Source of the DNA: Hyphomicrobiales bacterium
GTDB taxonomy: Bacteria; Desulfobacterota; Desulfobacteria; Desulfobacterales; SpSt-501
Length of the DNA stretch: 43,158 nucleotides
Direction of reading: 5' to 3'
Assembly (NCBI GenBank): GCA_050257775.1
Contig: JBLMXM010000139.1
Coordinates: 1 to 43,158, forward strand
The position numbers and the translations under genes are program-made. Positions 34,139-42,721 of this stretch are shown here, piece by piece (within the stretch, counting starts at the first letter, position 1; each line of letters opens with the position of its first letter). The notes beneath the pieces are model-generated. The model searched no databases and was not told the origin of the DNA. It worked only from the letters and a program-made list of their open reading frames with translations.

Positions 34139-35400
34139 ATCGCCCCGCCGGCGTGGAGCTGCGCCAGTTCTTCTCCGGAATACTCCAGCAGATCGCGGTA
34201 GATCACCTGATTGGCCGAGCCCAGCGGCAGCCCCGGGAAGCGAATCCGGCCCGGGGTCCCGAGCAGGCGGAAGGGCACATTGGGGATTTTCAACAGAAGG
34301 CCGGTGACCGGGTCCTCGACTTCGACCATGCTGCCCCGTTCGCGGCAGTGCGGGTCTTCGGCCACATCCTGCATGCTGGCGATGGGGCCGATGGTGATCC
34401 CCAGCTGCTCGCAGGCGCAAATCACGTCCTTCAGATCCCGGTTTCCGACCCACTCGGATACCACCTCGTTGATGACGCGCCGGTTCGATTCCTTGATGCG
34501 CTCTTCATTCGTCATGAAGCACGGATCGGCCTTCATCTCGGGATGGCCGACGCATTCCATCAGGCGTTCGAAGGGCTTCTGCGCTGCGCAGGACATGGTC
34601 ACCCACCGGCCGTCGCGCGTGCGGTAGTTGTTCCGCGGCACCACATAGCTGAGCTCGTTGCCCTTGGGCTTCGGGACTTCACCGGTGAGCTGACAGCTCA
34701 GAAAATCGGGCCCCAGCATGCACAGCAGCGGCTCGTAAAGCGAGATGTCGATGACCTGGCCCCCTTTCGCCCCGCGCTCCTGATGGCGCAAGGCCACCAT
34801 GACTGCAAAGGCCAGATGCACGCCGGCGATGTAATCGGCCAGCGCCATGGGCGCATTGGTCGGAGGGCCGTCCGGCTGTGCGTTGAGATAGGTGAACCCG
34901 CTGAACCCCTCGGCCAGCGTTCCGAAACCCGGGCGGCCGGCATAGGGGCCGGTCTGGCCGTACCCGGAGACCGTGCCGATGATCAGCCCGGGATTCGCCC
35001 GCATCAGGTCCTCTCTGCCGATACCGAGCTTCTCCATGGCTCCCGGCCGCATGTTTTCGATGAGCACATCCGACCGGCGGATGAGATCCACCAGGATCCG
35101 GCGACCCGCGGGGGTCTTGAGGTTCAGGGTGATCGGGAACTTGTTGCGGCCGACCACGGCCCAGAAGGGTTGGATGCCTTTGTCTTCTACGACCCCCCAC
35201 CCCCGGATGGCGTCGGGGCTGGAGGGGTTTTCCACCTTGATCACCTCGGCGCCATAATCGCCCATCAACGTCGCGGCATAGGGCGCGGCCATCACGGTCG
35301 CCAGGTCGATCACCCGCACACCGCGGAGCGGCAGCCCGGAATAGCTTTCTTCGCGCCGCTGTGCGGCAATAAACGCTGACAGTTCAACCTCGGATCTCAT
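34135..35400 (-). CDS. Type III (CaiB/BaiF family) CoA-transferase
   Basis: LRGVRVIDLATVMAAPYAATLMGDYGAEVIKVE is the family N-terminal signature. 421 aa. Confidence 0.88.
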   Translation of the reverse strand: MRSEVELSAFIAAQRREESYSGLPLRGVRVIDLATVMAAPYAATLMGDYGAEVIKVENPSSPDAIRGWGVVEDKGIQPFWAVVGRNKFPITLNLKTPAGRRILVDLIRRSDVLIENMRPGAMEKLGIGREDLMRANPGLIIGTVSGYGQTGPYAGRPGFGTLAEGFSGFTYLNAQPDGPPTNAPMALADYIAGVHLAFAVMVALRHQERGAKGGQVIDISLYEPLLCMLGPDFLSCQLTGEVPKPKGNELSYVVPRNNYRTRDGRWVTMSCAAQKPFERLMECVGHPEMKADPCFMTNEERIKESNRRVINEVVSEWVGNRDLKDVICACEQLGITIGPIASMQDVAEDPHCRERGSMVEVEDPVTGLLLKIPNVPFRLLGTPGRIRFPGLPLGSANQVIYRDLLEYSGEELAQLHAGGAI

Positions 35401-35407
35401 CGTGCTC

Positions 35408-36112
35408 CTATAGGCCCAGGTACGCCTTGCGGATCATGTCGGACTGCAGGAGCTCCGCCCCTTTGCCCTGCATGATGATCCGGCCACGCTGGAGGACGTA
35501 ACCCATGTCGACGATTTTCAGCACCTCGGTAACCTTCTGCTCCACGATCAGGATCGTGGTGCCGTTTCTTCGGATCTCCTCGCAGGTGTGGATGACCTTG
35601 TTGGACAAGATGGGGCTCAACCCCAGCGAGGGTTCGTCCAGCATCAGCAGCCGGGGCTTGGCCATCAGGCCGCGGCCGATGGCCAATTGCTGGCGCTCGC
35701 CGCCGCTCAGGGTCTCGCCCTTCTGGTTCTGGCGCTCCCGCAACTTGGGGAAAAGCGCGAACATCTCCTCCAGGGTTCTGTGGACCTCCTGGTCGTTGTT
35801 GCGGGTGTGGGCACCGACCAGCAGGTTTTCCCTGACCGTGAGCTTGTCGAAAATCTTGCGCCCCTCGGGGATGTGGGCGATACCTTTGGCGGCAATGTCA
35901 TAGGGCTGGGCCGCCTGAATCGCCTCGCCGCGGAATTCGATGCTGCCCGCGAAGGGGTGGATGAGCCCGGAAATCGTTTTCAAAATGGTGGACTTTCCGG
36001 CGCTGTTGGCCCCGACGATGGCGACGAACTGGCCCTCCTCGACCGAAAAGGAGACATCCTGCAGCACGGGTATGATGCTGTAACGCACGGATATGGAATG
36101 GACCTTAAGCAT
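35408..36112 (-). CDS. livF: Branched-chain-amino-acid-type ABC transporter ATPase (LivF-like)
   Basis: Walker A GANSAGKST, signature LSGGERQQ, Walker B LLMLDEPS. 234 aa. Confidence 0.88.
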   Translation of the reverse strand: MLKVHSISVRYSIIPVLQDVSFSVEEGQFVAIVGANSAGKSTILKTISGLIHPFAGSIEFRGEAIQAAQPYDIAAKGIAHIPEGRKIFDKLTVRENLLVGAHTRNNDQEVHRTLEEMFALFPKLRERQNQKGETLSGGERQQLAIGRGLMAKPRLLMLDEPSLGLSPILSNKVIHTCEEIRRNGTTILIVEQKVTEVLKIVDMGYVLQRGRIIMQGKGAELLQSDMIRKAYLGL

Positions 36113-36827
36113 GGTACTCCTCGCCCAGGTAAGCCCTGATGACGCGTTCGTCCCGAACGACCTTGTCGGGCGGACCCTCGACGATCAACTCCCCCGAGTC
36201 GAAGACGGCGATGCGCTGCGAAATATTCATGATCACTTCCATGACATGTTCCACGACAATGAAGGTGAGGCCCATCCGGTGGATGGCCCGGATCAGCTCG
36301 ACGGCTTCGTCGGTCTCGGTGGGGTTCAGGCCGGCCATGACCTCGTCGAGCAGAACGACGTGCGGCTGGGTTGCGATGGTGCGCGCCAGCTCGATCCGTT
36401 TCTGGTCGGCCAGAGTCAGGCTGCCGGCAATCTGATTGCGTTTGTCCTTCAACCCGGTGATCTCCAGGATCTCCTCGGCCTGGTCCGCTGAAGCGCGAGT
36501 GGTGGCATACCGGCAAAATGCCCCCATCATGATGTTTTCCAGAACGGTCATCTCGTGAAAGCTCTGCACGATCTGAAAGGTGCGACAGATGCCCAGGTGG
36601 CAGATCCGGTGCGGGCTCAGGCGGGTGATGTCCTGGCCCTTGAATAAGATTTGACCGCTAGTGGCGTTGAGAAACCCCGTTACGCAGTTGAAAAACGTTG
36701 TCTTGCCGGCTCCGTTCGGCCCGATCAGCCCCAGAATCTCGCCCTTTTCGACCGACAGGTTGATATTCTGAAGGGCTGCCAGCTCCCCGAAGTGCATGCT
36801 GACGTTTCTGCATTCCAGAATCGCCAT
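36105..36827 (-). CDS. livG: Branched-chain-amino-acid-type ABC transporter ATPase (LivG-like)
   Basis: Start at the ATG at 36827 ([14 protein letters not shown]), 5 nt after the LivM stop. Walker [21 protein letters not shown]. Confidence 0.88.
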   Translation of the reverse strand: MAILECRNVSMHFGELAALQNINLSVEKGEILGLIGPNGAGKTTFFNCVTGFLNATSGQILFKGQDITRLSPHRICHLGICRTFQIVQSFHEMTVLENIMMGAFCRYATTRASADQAEEILEITGLKDKRNQIAGSLTLADQKRIELARTIATQPHVVLLDEVMAGLNPTETDEAVELIRAIHRMGLTFIVVEHVMEVIMNISQRIAVFDSGELIVEGPPDKVVRDERVIRAYLGEEYHA

Positions 36828-36831
36828 CGCT

Positions 36832-37794
36832 CTATCCTCTCTGACGCGTGAGCCGCTGGAGAAGGCCAACAATCCCCTTGGGTTCGAAAATGCAGATCAG
36901 CATGATCAGCAACCCCAGCACGATCAGGTCGATGCCCATGCCGGTCCCGCCCAGCCAAATCCGGCTGTACTCCTGCAGCGGGATGAGGATCATCGCCCCG
37001 AGCAAAGGACCCCACAGCGACCCCGCCCCTCCCAGGGCGGTGACCAGCACGATCTTCATGGAAATGTCCAGGGAGAGCACGGTGGCCGGTTCGATGTGCA
37101 GGATGTACATGGCGTAAAAAGCGCCGCAGATGGCGGTGAACAGGGCACTGATCATGAACGCGTATTGCTTATAAAGCGAGATGTTTACCCCCATGGCCTG
37201 GGCCGCCTCCGGGCGCTGCCGGATGGCGCGAAAGTAATACCCCATGCGGGAACGCTCCATGTGGAAGGTCATCACCATGACCACCAGGAAGAAAGCCAGC
37301 GTGGTGTAAAGGTAGGGCATCTTGGTCTTGTAGAACATGAAGTTGTAAAACCCTTGTGCCAGGACCGGAGCGTCGAGCCCAATGGGGCCGTCGACCCATT
37401 TCCAGTTGGAGAACAGTTCCTTGACCACCTCGGCCACGGCGAAGGTGGATATCGCGAAATAATGTCCTTTCAACCGGAACACGGGGACGCCGATGACGAG
37501 CGCCACGACGACGGATATCACGGCACCGATCGCCATCCCGGCCCAGGGGGTGAGGCCCCACTGGCTCAGCGGGGCCATGGCGGCATAGGCGCCGAGGCCG
37601 AAAAACACCGCGTGGCCGAAGGACACTTGCCCGGCGTAGCCCCCGATGAGATTCCAGGCCTGGCTCAAGGTGGTGTAAAGCAGCAGCATGATCAGCAGGT
37701 GATGGAAGTGGACGCTGGTGATGATCAGCGGCGCTACGGCGAACGCCAGCAGAATGAACGCCAGTGTTATCGAAAAGCGTTTGGTCGTCTGCAT
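36832..37794 (-). CDS. livM: Branched-chain-amino-acid-type ABC transporter permease (LivM-like)
   Basis: 320 aa polytopic protein with GYAGQVSFGHAVFFGLGAY. Confidence 0.85.
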   Translation of the reverse strand: MQTTKRFSITLAFILLAFAVAPLIITSVHFHHLLIMLLLYTTLSQAWNLIGGYAGQVSFGHAVFFGLGAYAAMAPLSQWGLTPWAGMAIGAVISVVVALVIGVPVFRLKGHYFAISTFAVAEVVKELFSNWKWVDGPIGLDAPVLAQGFYNFMFYKTKMPYLYTTLAFFLVVMVMTFHMERSRMGYYFRAIRQRPEAAQAMGVNISLYKQYAFMISALFTAICGAFYAMYILHIEPATVLSLDISMKIVLVTALGGAGSLWGPLLGAMILIPLQEYSRIWLGGTGMGIDLIVLGLLIMLICIFEPKGIVGLLQRLTRQRG

Positions 37795-37855
37795 TGCCCT
37801 TAACTTTCAGGTAATGTATCCCTGCAGTGATCGAAACCGCACGGGGCTCGCGCCG

Positions 37856-38722
37856 TTACCAGCCGAAAAGTCCCTTGGGCCGGACCGAGATGACCGCCAG
37901 ATAGAGCACGAAGACCAGGGTGTACTTCAGCTCCGGCCCGATCAAGAAACCGCCGACGTTTTCAATCAGCCCCACCAAGATGCCCGCCACAAAGGCGCCG
38001 CCGATGTTCCCGAACCCGCCCAGGGCCACGATGACGAAGGACAGGACGGCAAAGTTCAAGCCCACCTCAGGGAAGATCGGGTAGAAGTTGGCCAGCAGAC
38101 CGCCGGCCACCCCGACGCAGCCTGCCCCCAAGCCGAACGTCAGGGCAAACACACGGTTGGTGTTGATCCCCATGAGCAACGCGGTGTCCCGGTCCAGGGC
38201 GGTCGCCCTCAAAGATCGGCCGAACTTCGTCCGCGCGATCAGCAGGTAAACCCCGTAGGTGATCAGCACGCAGCCGACGGCTGATGCCACCTGGGCAACG
38301 CTGAAGTGCAGACCCAGGAAGGAAACGTTCTTACCCGCCAGGATGGACTGGTTGATCACCCGGTAGTTCGGCCCCAGGATGAAGAGGGTCACATTGCGGA
38401 TGAAGATGCTCAGCCCGAAGGTGGCCAGCAGGGCGATCAGGCCCGGGTAGCCCAGCACCGGGCGGATGACCAGCCGGAACGTGAGCAGGCCGATAAAGAA
38501 CAGCAGCGCCACCACCAGGGGCAACGACCAGAGAGGGTCGAGGCTGAGGTTGGCGAACATCAGGAAGCTGCTGAACATGGCCAGCATCAGGAAATCGCCG
38601 TGGGCGAAATTGAGAATGTCCATGACGCCCCAGATCAGAGTCAGCCCCACGGCGATCAGGGAGAAGATGAAGCCGATCAACAGGCCGCTGATGATCAGTT
38701 GCAGGAAGATGGCTGAGTCCAC
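37856..38722 (-). CDS. livH: Branched-chain-amino-acid-type ABC transporter permease (LivH-like)
   Basis: 288 aa polytopic protein with LTLIWGVMDILNFAHGDFLML. Confidence 0.85.
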   Translation of the reverse strand: MDSAIFLQLIISGLLIGFIFSLIAVGLTLIWGVMDILNFAHGDFLMLAMFSSFLMFANLSLDPLWSLPLVVALLFFIGLLTFRLVIRPVLGYPGLIALLATFGLSIFIRNVTLFILGPNYRVINQSILAGKNVSFLGLHFSVAQVASAVGCVLITYGVYLLIARTKFGRSLRATALDRDTALLMGINTNRVFALTFGLGAGCVGVAGGLLANFYPIFPEVGLNFAVLSFVIVALGGFGNIGGAFVAGILVGLIENVGGFLIGPELKYTLVFVLYLAVISVRPKGLFGW

Positions 38723-38764
38723 GGGTTGCCCTCGGCTGGCGACGTAAAGCCCATTATTAATTTA

Positions 38765-38989
38765 AGGTAGGCGCCTCCGCCCGGGTAATCGGTTTCGGTT
38801 CGCGGCTGAAACTCGCCGCCGACGGGCTCTAAGACCGGACCAGGCCCGTCTCCGGATAAACGGCTGGAGGTAAGCTCCATTGGCCGGGCTCCGATGCAGC
38901 GTTCGCATGAGGTCCGGTTCAAGAGCCCGTAAGCGGCTCAGACAGTCAGCCGCTGCCCTCTACCGATCACCCGAGCTGCGGCGCGTCAT
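38765..38989 (-). repeat. Structured intergenic repeat element, copy C (225 nt, inverted relative to A and B)
   Basis: The reverse complement aligns along its whole length with copy A. Lies between the binding-protein gene and livH, in the sense orientation of that operon. The track ORF 38695..38922(-) inside it is not conserved in copies A and B. Confidence 0.85.
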
Positions 38990-38998
38990 ATTTATTCT

Positions 38999-40240
38999 TT
39001 ACGGCTTCATCGGCCACACCGTTTTGGAGGTGGCCCATTCGGCCGGCCAGACGACCTTGTAGTCGCCGCCGATCACCTGGCTCATGGTGGAATCGATCCA
39101 GATGTTCTGACCGCTCTCGTCGAACTTAACCCCCTTGCCCGGCAGGGTGGCAATCTGAAGCTCGGTCGTCGCCAGGGCGTCCCGCACAGCGTCCGGGCTC
39201 AGGTCCTTGGCGCGATTGAAGGCATCCGCCGCCACGAAAACGGAGGTGAGCGCCTCCATGGCCACCCCGTCGAGATTGCTTTTGACCTTGGCCTTGAACA
39301 TGTCGTTGAGCACCTTCAACTGGGCCTTCTTGGCGATGAAATCCTCCGCAAACGTGCAGGACCCCATGTAGTTCTCCACGGTCTTGCCGAGTTCCTTGGC
39401 GAAGACCGGATTCTGGTAGCCCCCGCAGAAGGAGAGGTTGGCGGGCACCTTAACCCCGAGACTTTCATAGGCCTTGGCGAAAAGCATCATCTCGCTGAAC
39501 TGCGTGGCATGCAGAACGACGTCGGGCTGCGCCGCCTTGACCTTCAATACCTCAGCATTGACATCCGTGGCCTTGAACTCGTAGGGGATGTCGGCCACGA
39601 CCTGGTAGGCGCCCTTGGATTTGGCGACCGCTTTTTTGACTTCCTCGTTGGCATGGAAACCGAACTCGGTCTTCTCATACACCATGGCGATCTTGGATAC
39701 CTGTTTGCCCTCTTTTTTCATGTCGTCCAGGAATTTAAAGAACATTACGGTATCGTGGTAATCGGTTGGAGCGATGCGGAAGAAATACTTGAGGCCGCGC
39801 TCGGTCAGAGCGGCGGAGGAGGACTCCGCGCAGAGATAAGGGAACTTCTGCCGCTCGGCCACGAAGCTGGTAGGCTTGGTCACCGAGCTCTGGTAGGCGC
39901 CGATGATCAGCTTGGCCTTGCCTTCCTGGAGGATGCGTTCGGTTTCGGCTTTGCCGACCTCGGGCGAGCCCTGGGTGTCATAAAACTTGAGCACGATCTT
40001 GGCGCCGCCCTTGTTGGGGATGCCCTGGGTCTTGGCGTACGGAATCCCCGCCAGATCGTAAGAGCCGTTGATGACCTCCGCGGCCACTTCACACGCCGCC
40101 TTAGCCCGGTTTCCGGGGTCGGCCAGCGGGCCGGTCAGAGGGTAGAGCAGCGCAATTTCAATCGGATCCGCAGCGATCGCCACCGGGCAGAACCCCAGCA
40201 GCAGAATCAAGCCGAAGAAAAGGACAAGATGCTTTCTCAT
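38999..40240 (-). CDS. ABC transporter periplasmic substrate-binding protein (Leu/Ile/Val-binding-protein family)
   Basis: Start at the ATG at 40240 with AAGGAGG RBS. Signal peptide MRKHLVLFFGLILLLGFCPVAIA. Type I periplasmic-binding-protein pattern (IEIALLYPLTGPLA). Confidence 0.85.
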   Translation of the reverse strand: MRKHLVLFFGLILLLGFCPVAIAADPIEIALLYPLTGPLADPGNRAKAACEVAAEVINGSYDLAGIPYAKTQGIPNKGGAKIVLKFYDTQGSPEVGKAETERILQEGKAKLIIGAYQSSVTKPTSFVAERQKFPYLCAESSSAALTERGLKYFFRIAPTDYHDTVMFFKFLDDMKKEGKQVSKIAMVYEKTEFGFHANEEVKKAVAKSKGAYQVVADIPYEFKATDVNAEVLKVKAAQPDVVLHATQFSEMMLFAKAYESLGVKVPANLSFCGGYQNPVFAKELGKTVENYMGSCTFAEDFIAKKAQLKVLNDMFKAKVKSNLDGVAMEALTSVFVAADAFNRAKDLSPDAVRDALATTELQIATLPGKGVKFDESGQNIWIDSTMSQVIGGDYKVVWPAEWATSKTVWPMKP

Positions 40241-40363
40241 GGATGAGACCTCCTTCTTGGGGTAAAAGTGATACGCAATGGGGTCGTCGACCCGCGCAAT
40301 CACAATGCCTCGACGGGTTGGCAGCCCTAATGGTGCCGATCCGCTCCCTTCATCGGAGAGATG

Positions 40364-42259
40364 TTATGGCGTGCTGTCGAGTTTGACCCATCCGATTCCG
40401 AGTTCCACCAGCTTGCCCTCGGTCGGGATGCCGTTGCGGTCCCAGCCGTGCATGTCATAGTAAAGATCCAGCGATGATTCGAATCCGGCCCGATCCAGGG
40501 CGCGGCCCCTCAGCAAACCGCCTTCCAAGGGCTCGAAGAACCGCTCCGGGAGCCGGTCGTCCTTGCGGGAGGCACCCTGCCGCACCGACACGCAGCGCTT
40601 GAGTGTGACCGTGCGCTCGCCCAGCTTCATGATCTCCCACAGCCGGGTGTCCCAGCCGGTGGCCGCCGCGACCGATTCGGCCACCTGGTACATTTTCATG
40701 AGCTTGCCGGGACCGGCGGTGAAGATGCACAGCCCCAGGGTGTTGAACAGGTTCCAAGTGTACTGCATGTAGGTGAACTGGCGCACCTTGTCCGGGTTGA
40801 GCTCGACGGCCGGTGTCGGCGTAAGGATGCCGATCTCGTGCAGGTCCCCCACTCCCAGCGCCCCCGGCTGGAAGAGGTAGTCGTGCGGACCCTCGGTGTG
40901 GTTGGCGCCGGTCGAGGAAAGCGCATAGGCCAGCCCCAGGCTGCCCTTTCCCCGGGGTTCGTGCATCGCCAATTCCTGTCCCTTGACCTGCATGGCAAAT
41001 CGCTCGGCCCCGCCTCCGATCCGGCGTGCCGCCCGCAGCGAACCCTCGGCCAGGAGGTCGCCGAACCCCTCGCGCCGAGCGATCTTGTGGACACATCCGA
41101 TCATGGCCTGCGCGTTGCCGAAGCGCAGATCCAGCCCATCCGTATCCTTGGAGGTGAGCAGCCCGTTCTCGAAGCACTCCATGGCAAAGGCGATGGTCGC
41201 GCCGGTGGAGATGGAATCCAGGGTGTACAGGTTGCACAGCTCGTGGGCCTTGCACACCGCCTCAAGGTCCGATACGCCGCACAGGGAGCCGAACGCGGCC
41301 GCCGTCTCATATTCGGGACCGCCGTAGGTAGGGTCGACTCGCCAGGGTCCATCCGATCGCGCCACGCGCTTGCAGCGGACCATGCAACCCTGGCAGCCGC
41401 CGGCCTCGACGAAGTACTTCTGGTGGAACGTGTTGCCGCAGATCTCCTCCGCCTTCTCGAAACTACCGCTGCGGAAGTTGCGAGTCGGCAGGATGCCCGC
41501 CTCGTCCAGTTCGGTGACGTCCCAGCCGATAGTCCCGCCGTCGTGCAGCACCCGCTCGATGGGGTGGTCCATGAATTGGTCCGCGTACCATTTGATCATT
41601 TGCTTCAAAGCGGGCTTGTCCTTGAAGGCAATCGGCCGGCTGCCGCAGACCGCTACGGCTTTGAGGTTCTTTGAGCCCATCACCGCTCCCATGCCGCCGC
41701 GGCCGTTGGTGTGCTTCATGGCGTTGACCACGCAGGCGAAACGAACCTGGTTTTCTCCTGCCGGGCCGATGGCCGCAACGCGCACGTTCGGAGCGCCGAC
41801 CTGCTGCTCGATGATCATCTGGGTTTCGCCGGTGCCCTTGCCCCAGAGCGCCGCCGCGTCCCGGATCTCGACCTCACCGTCCCGGACCAGAAGGTACACC
41901 GGCCTCTCGGCCCGGCCCTCCACCAGTACGGCATCGAAACCGGCGCGCTTCAGCTCCGGTGACCACCATCCGCCGGCTTCCCCTTCCCCGTAGACTCCGG
42001 TCAACGGCGAAATGGCCGCCACGGAATACCGGTTGGCGCCGGGGATCCCGCTGCCCACCAGCGGGCTCGATGCGAAGACGAGCAGATTCTCAGGCCCAAG
42101 AGGATCTGCGATTTTGCCGCGCTCCCTGAGAAGGTAGTAACACGCCAGGGCGCTGCCGCCGAAGTAGGTCCGGTAGAAGGTATCGTCCGGCTCCTCGACC
42201 CGGTGTTTCCGGTCGGCGAGGTCCACCCGCAGGATCTTCCCGGTGACTCCGAACGTCAT
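40364..42259 (-). CDS. Aldehyde:ferredoxin oxidoreductase family (tungsten/molybdopterin) enzyme
   Basis: 631 aa. N-terminus MTFGVTGKILRVDLADRKHRVEEPDDTFYRTYFGGSALACYYL. [4Fe-4S] motif CQGCMVRC. Confidence 0.9.
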   Translation of the reverse strand: MTFGVTGKILRVDLADRKHRVEEPDDTFYRTYFGGSALACYYLLRERGKIADPLGPENLLVFASSPLVGSGIPGANRYSVAAISPLTGVYGEGEAGGWWSPELKRAGFDAVLVEGRAERPVYLLVRDGEVEIRDAAALWGKGTGETQMIIEQQVGAPNVRVAAIGPAGENQVRFACVVNAMKHTNGRGGMGAVMGSKNLKAVAVCGSRPIAFKDKPALKQMIKWYADQFMDHPIERVLHDGGTIGWDVTELDEAGILPTRNFRSGSFEKAEEICGNTFHQKYFVEAGGCQGCMVRCKRVARSDGPWRVDPTYGGPEYETAAAFGSLCGVSDLEAVCKAHELCNLYTLDSISTGATIAFAMECFENGLLTSKDTDGLDLRFGNAQAMIGCVHKIARREGFGDLLAEGSLRAARRIGGGAERFAMQVKGQELAMHEPRGKGSLGLAYALSSTGANHTEGPHDYLFQPGALGVGDLHEIGILTPTPAVELNPDKVRQFTYMQYTWNLFNTLGLCIFTAGPGKLMKMYQVAESVAAATGWDTRLWEIMKLGERTVTLKRCVSVRQGASRKDDRLPERFFEPLEGGLLRGRALDRAGFESSLDLYYDMHGWDRNGIPTEGKLVELGIGWVKLDSTP

Positions 42260-42299
42260 GGTCGACTTCCTCCTATCTCTCGAGTTGACGGGATCACGG

Positions 42300-42542
42300 C
42301 TAGCCGCCTCCGATCAGGGCAACGCATTTGACCTCGTCGCCGGCTTGAAGACGGTAGACTCCGGGCTGGGGGTGTCCATTGACGATGAAGAGGGAAACCA
42401 GGCCTTCGGGCAGGCCGATCTCTCGGCAGACCCTCTCCAGGGTCTGACCCTCGCGATCCGCCAGCTCGATGCGGTCCTGATCGTCGAGGAGCCCGCTGCA
42501 GTATGGTTTCAGAACTCCGATCGGTCTCAGGGTAACGCTCAT
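42300..42542 (-). CDS. MoaD/ThiS-family ubiquitin-like small protein (C-terminal GG)
   Basis: Start at the ATG at 42542 (MSVTLRPIG...). 80 aa ending ...VKCVALIGGG. Sits directly upstream of the AOR gene. Confidence 0.7.
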   Translation of the reverse strand: MSVTLRPIGVLKPYCSGLLDDQDRIELADREGQTLERVCREIGLPEGLVSLFIVNGHPQPGVYRLQAGDEVKCVALIGGG

Positions 42543-42636
42543 CGTGCATCTGCCGCCGACGGCCGCGTTTGAATCCGAAGTCGTGGGACTCCTCACGGTG
42601 AGTGCAGGCGCGTGAGGTCAAGGAAAAATCGAAGCC

Positions 42637-42665
42637 AGAATAGAGGGAGGGGACCAAAATGTCAA
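42637..42665 (-). promoter_or_regulatory. Sigma-70-like promoter for the MoaD-like/AOR transcription unit
   Basis: Minus strand reads TTGACA-17 nt-TATTCT. About 95 nt upstream of the start at 42542. Confidence 0.45.
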
Positions 42666-42678
42666 GTTATGGTTTACG

Positions 42679-42690
42679 ATTGTCGACAAT
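42679..42690. promoter_or_regulatory. Palindromic operator candidate ATTGTCGACAAT
   Basis: Perfect 12-bp palindrome 13 nt upstream of the -35 box. Shares the 13-mer CGATTGTCGACAA with 8655-8667. Confidence 0.45.
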
Positions 42691-42721
42691 ACAAAATAAT
42701 TCGCAGAACGGTTAGGCGGCG

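Noticed and set aside
33014-34453. N-terminal extension of the OFOR-2 alpha ORF (479 aa in the track), and similar upstream extensions of the ORFs at 3387..5018, 8538..9917, 18597..20279, 22498..23478 and 38999..40303.
   Set aside because: The extensions overlap the preceding gene or are Arg/Pro-rich without family similarity. Internal ATG/GTG starts with an RBS or with ATGA coupling give products matching the usual family N-termini.
38695-38922. 75-aa ORF lying inside repeat copy C.
   Set aside because: The corresponding frame in copy A hits a stop after five codons (ttg gac cgg acc cga taa), and copy B diverges there. The conservation pattern fits base-pairing, not coding.
40321-40338. Sigma-54-like CGGCACCATTAGGGCTGC (minus strand) upstream of the binding-protein gene.
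   Set aside because: The GG and GC spacing is correct, but the T of TGGCAC and the TT of TTGC are missing. No upstream palindromes were seen. It is left as unproven.
42543-42636. Possible Moco/Tuco riboswitch in the 5' leader of the MoaD-like/AOR genes.
   Set aside because: The leader is only about 90 nt. It shows one simple hairpin (CCTCACG...CGTGAGG) but none of the conserved Moco-motif sequences I recall, such as CCGAGCC.
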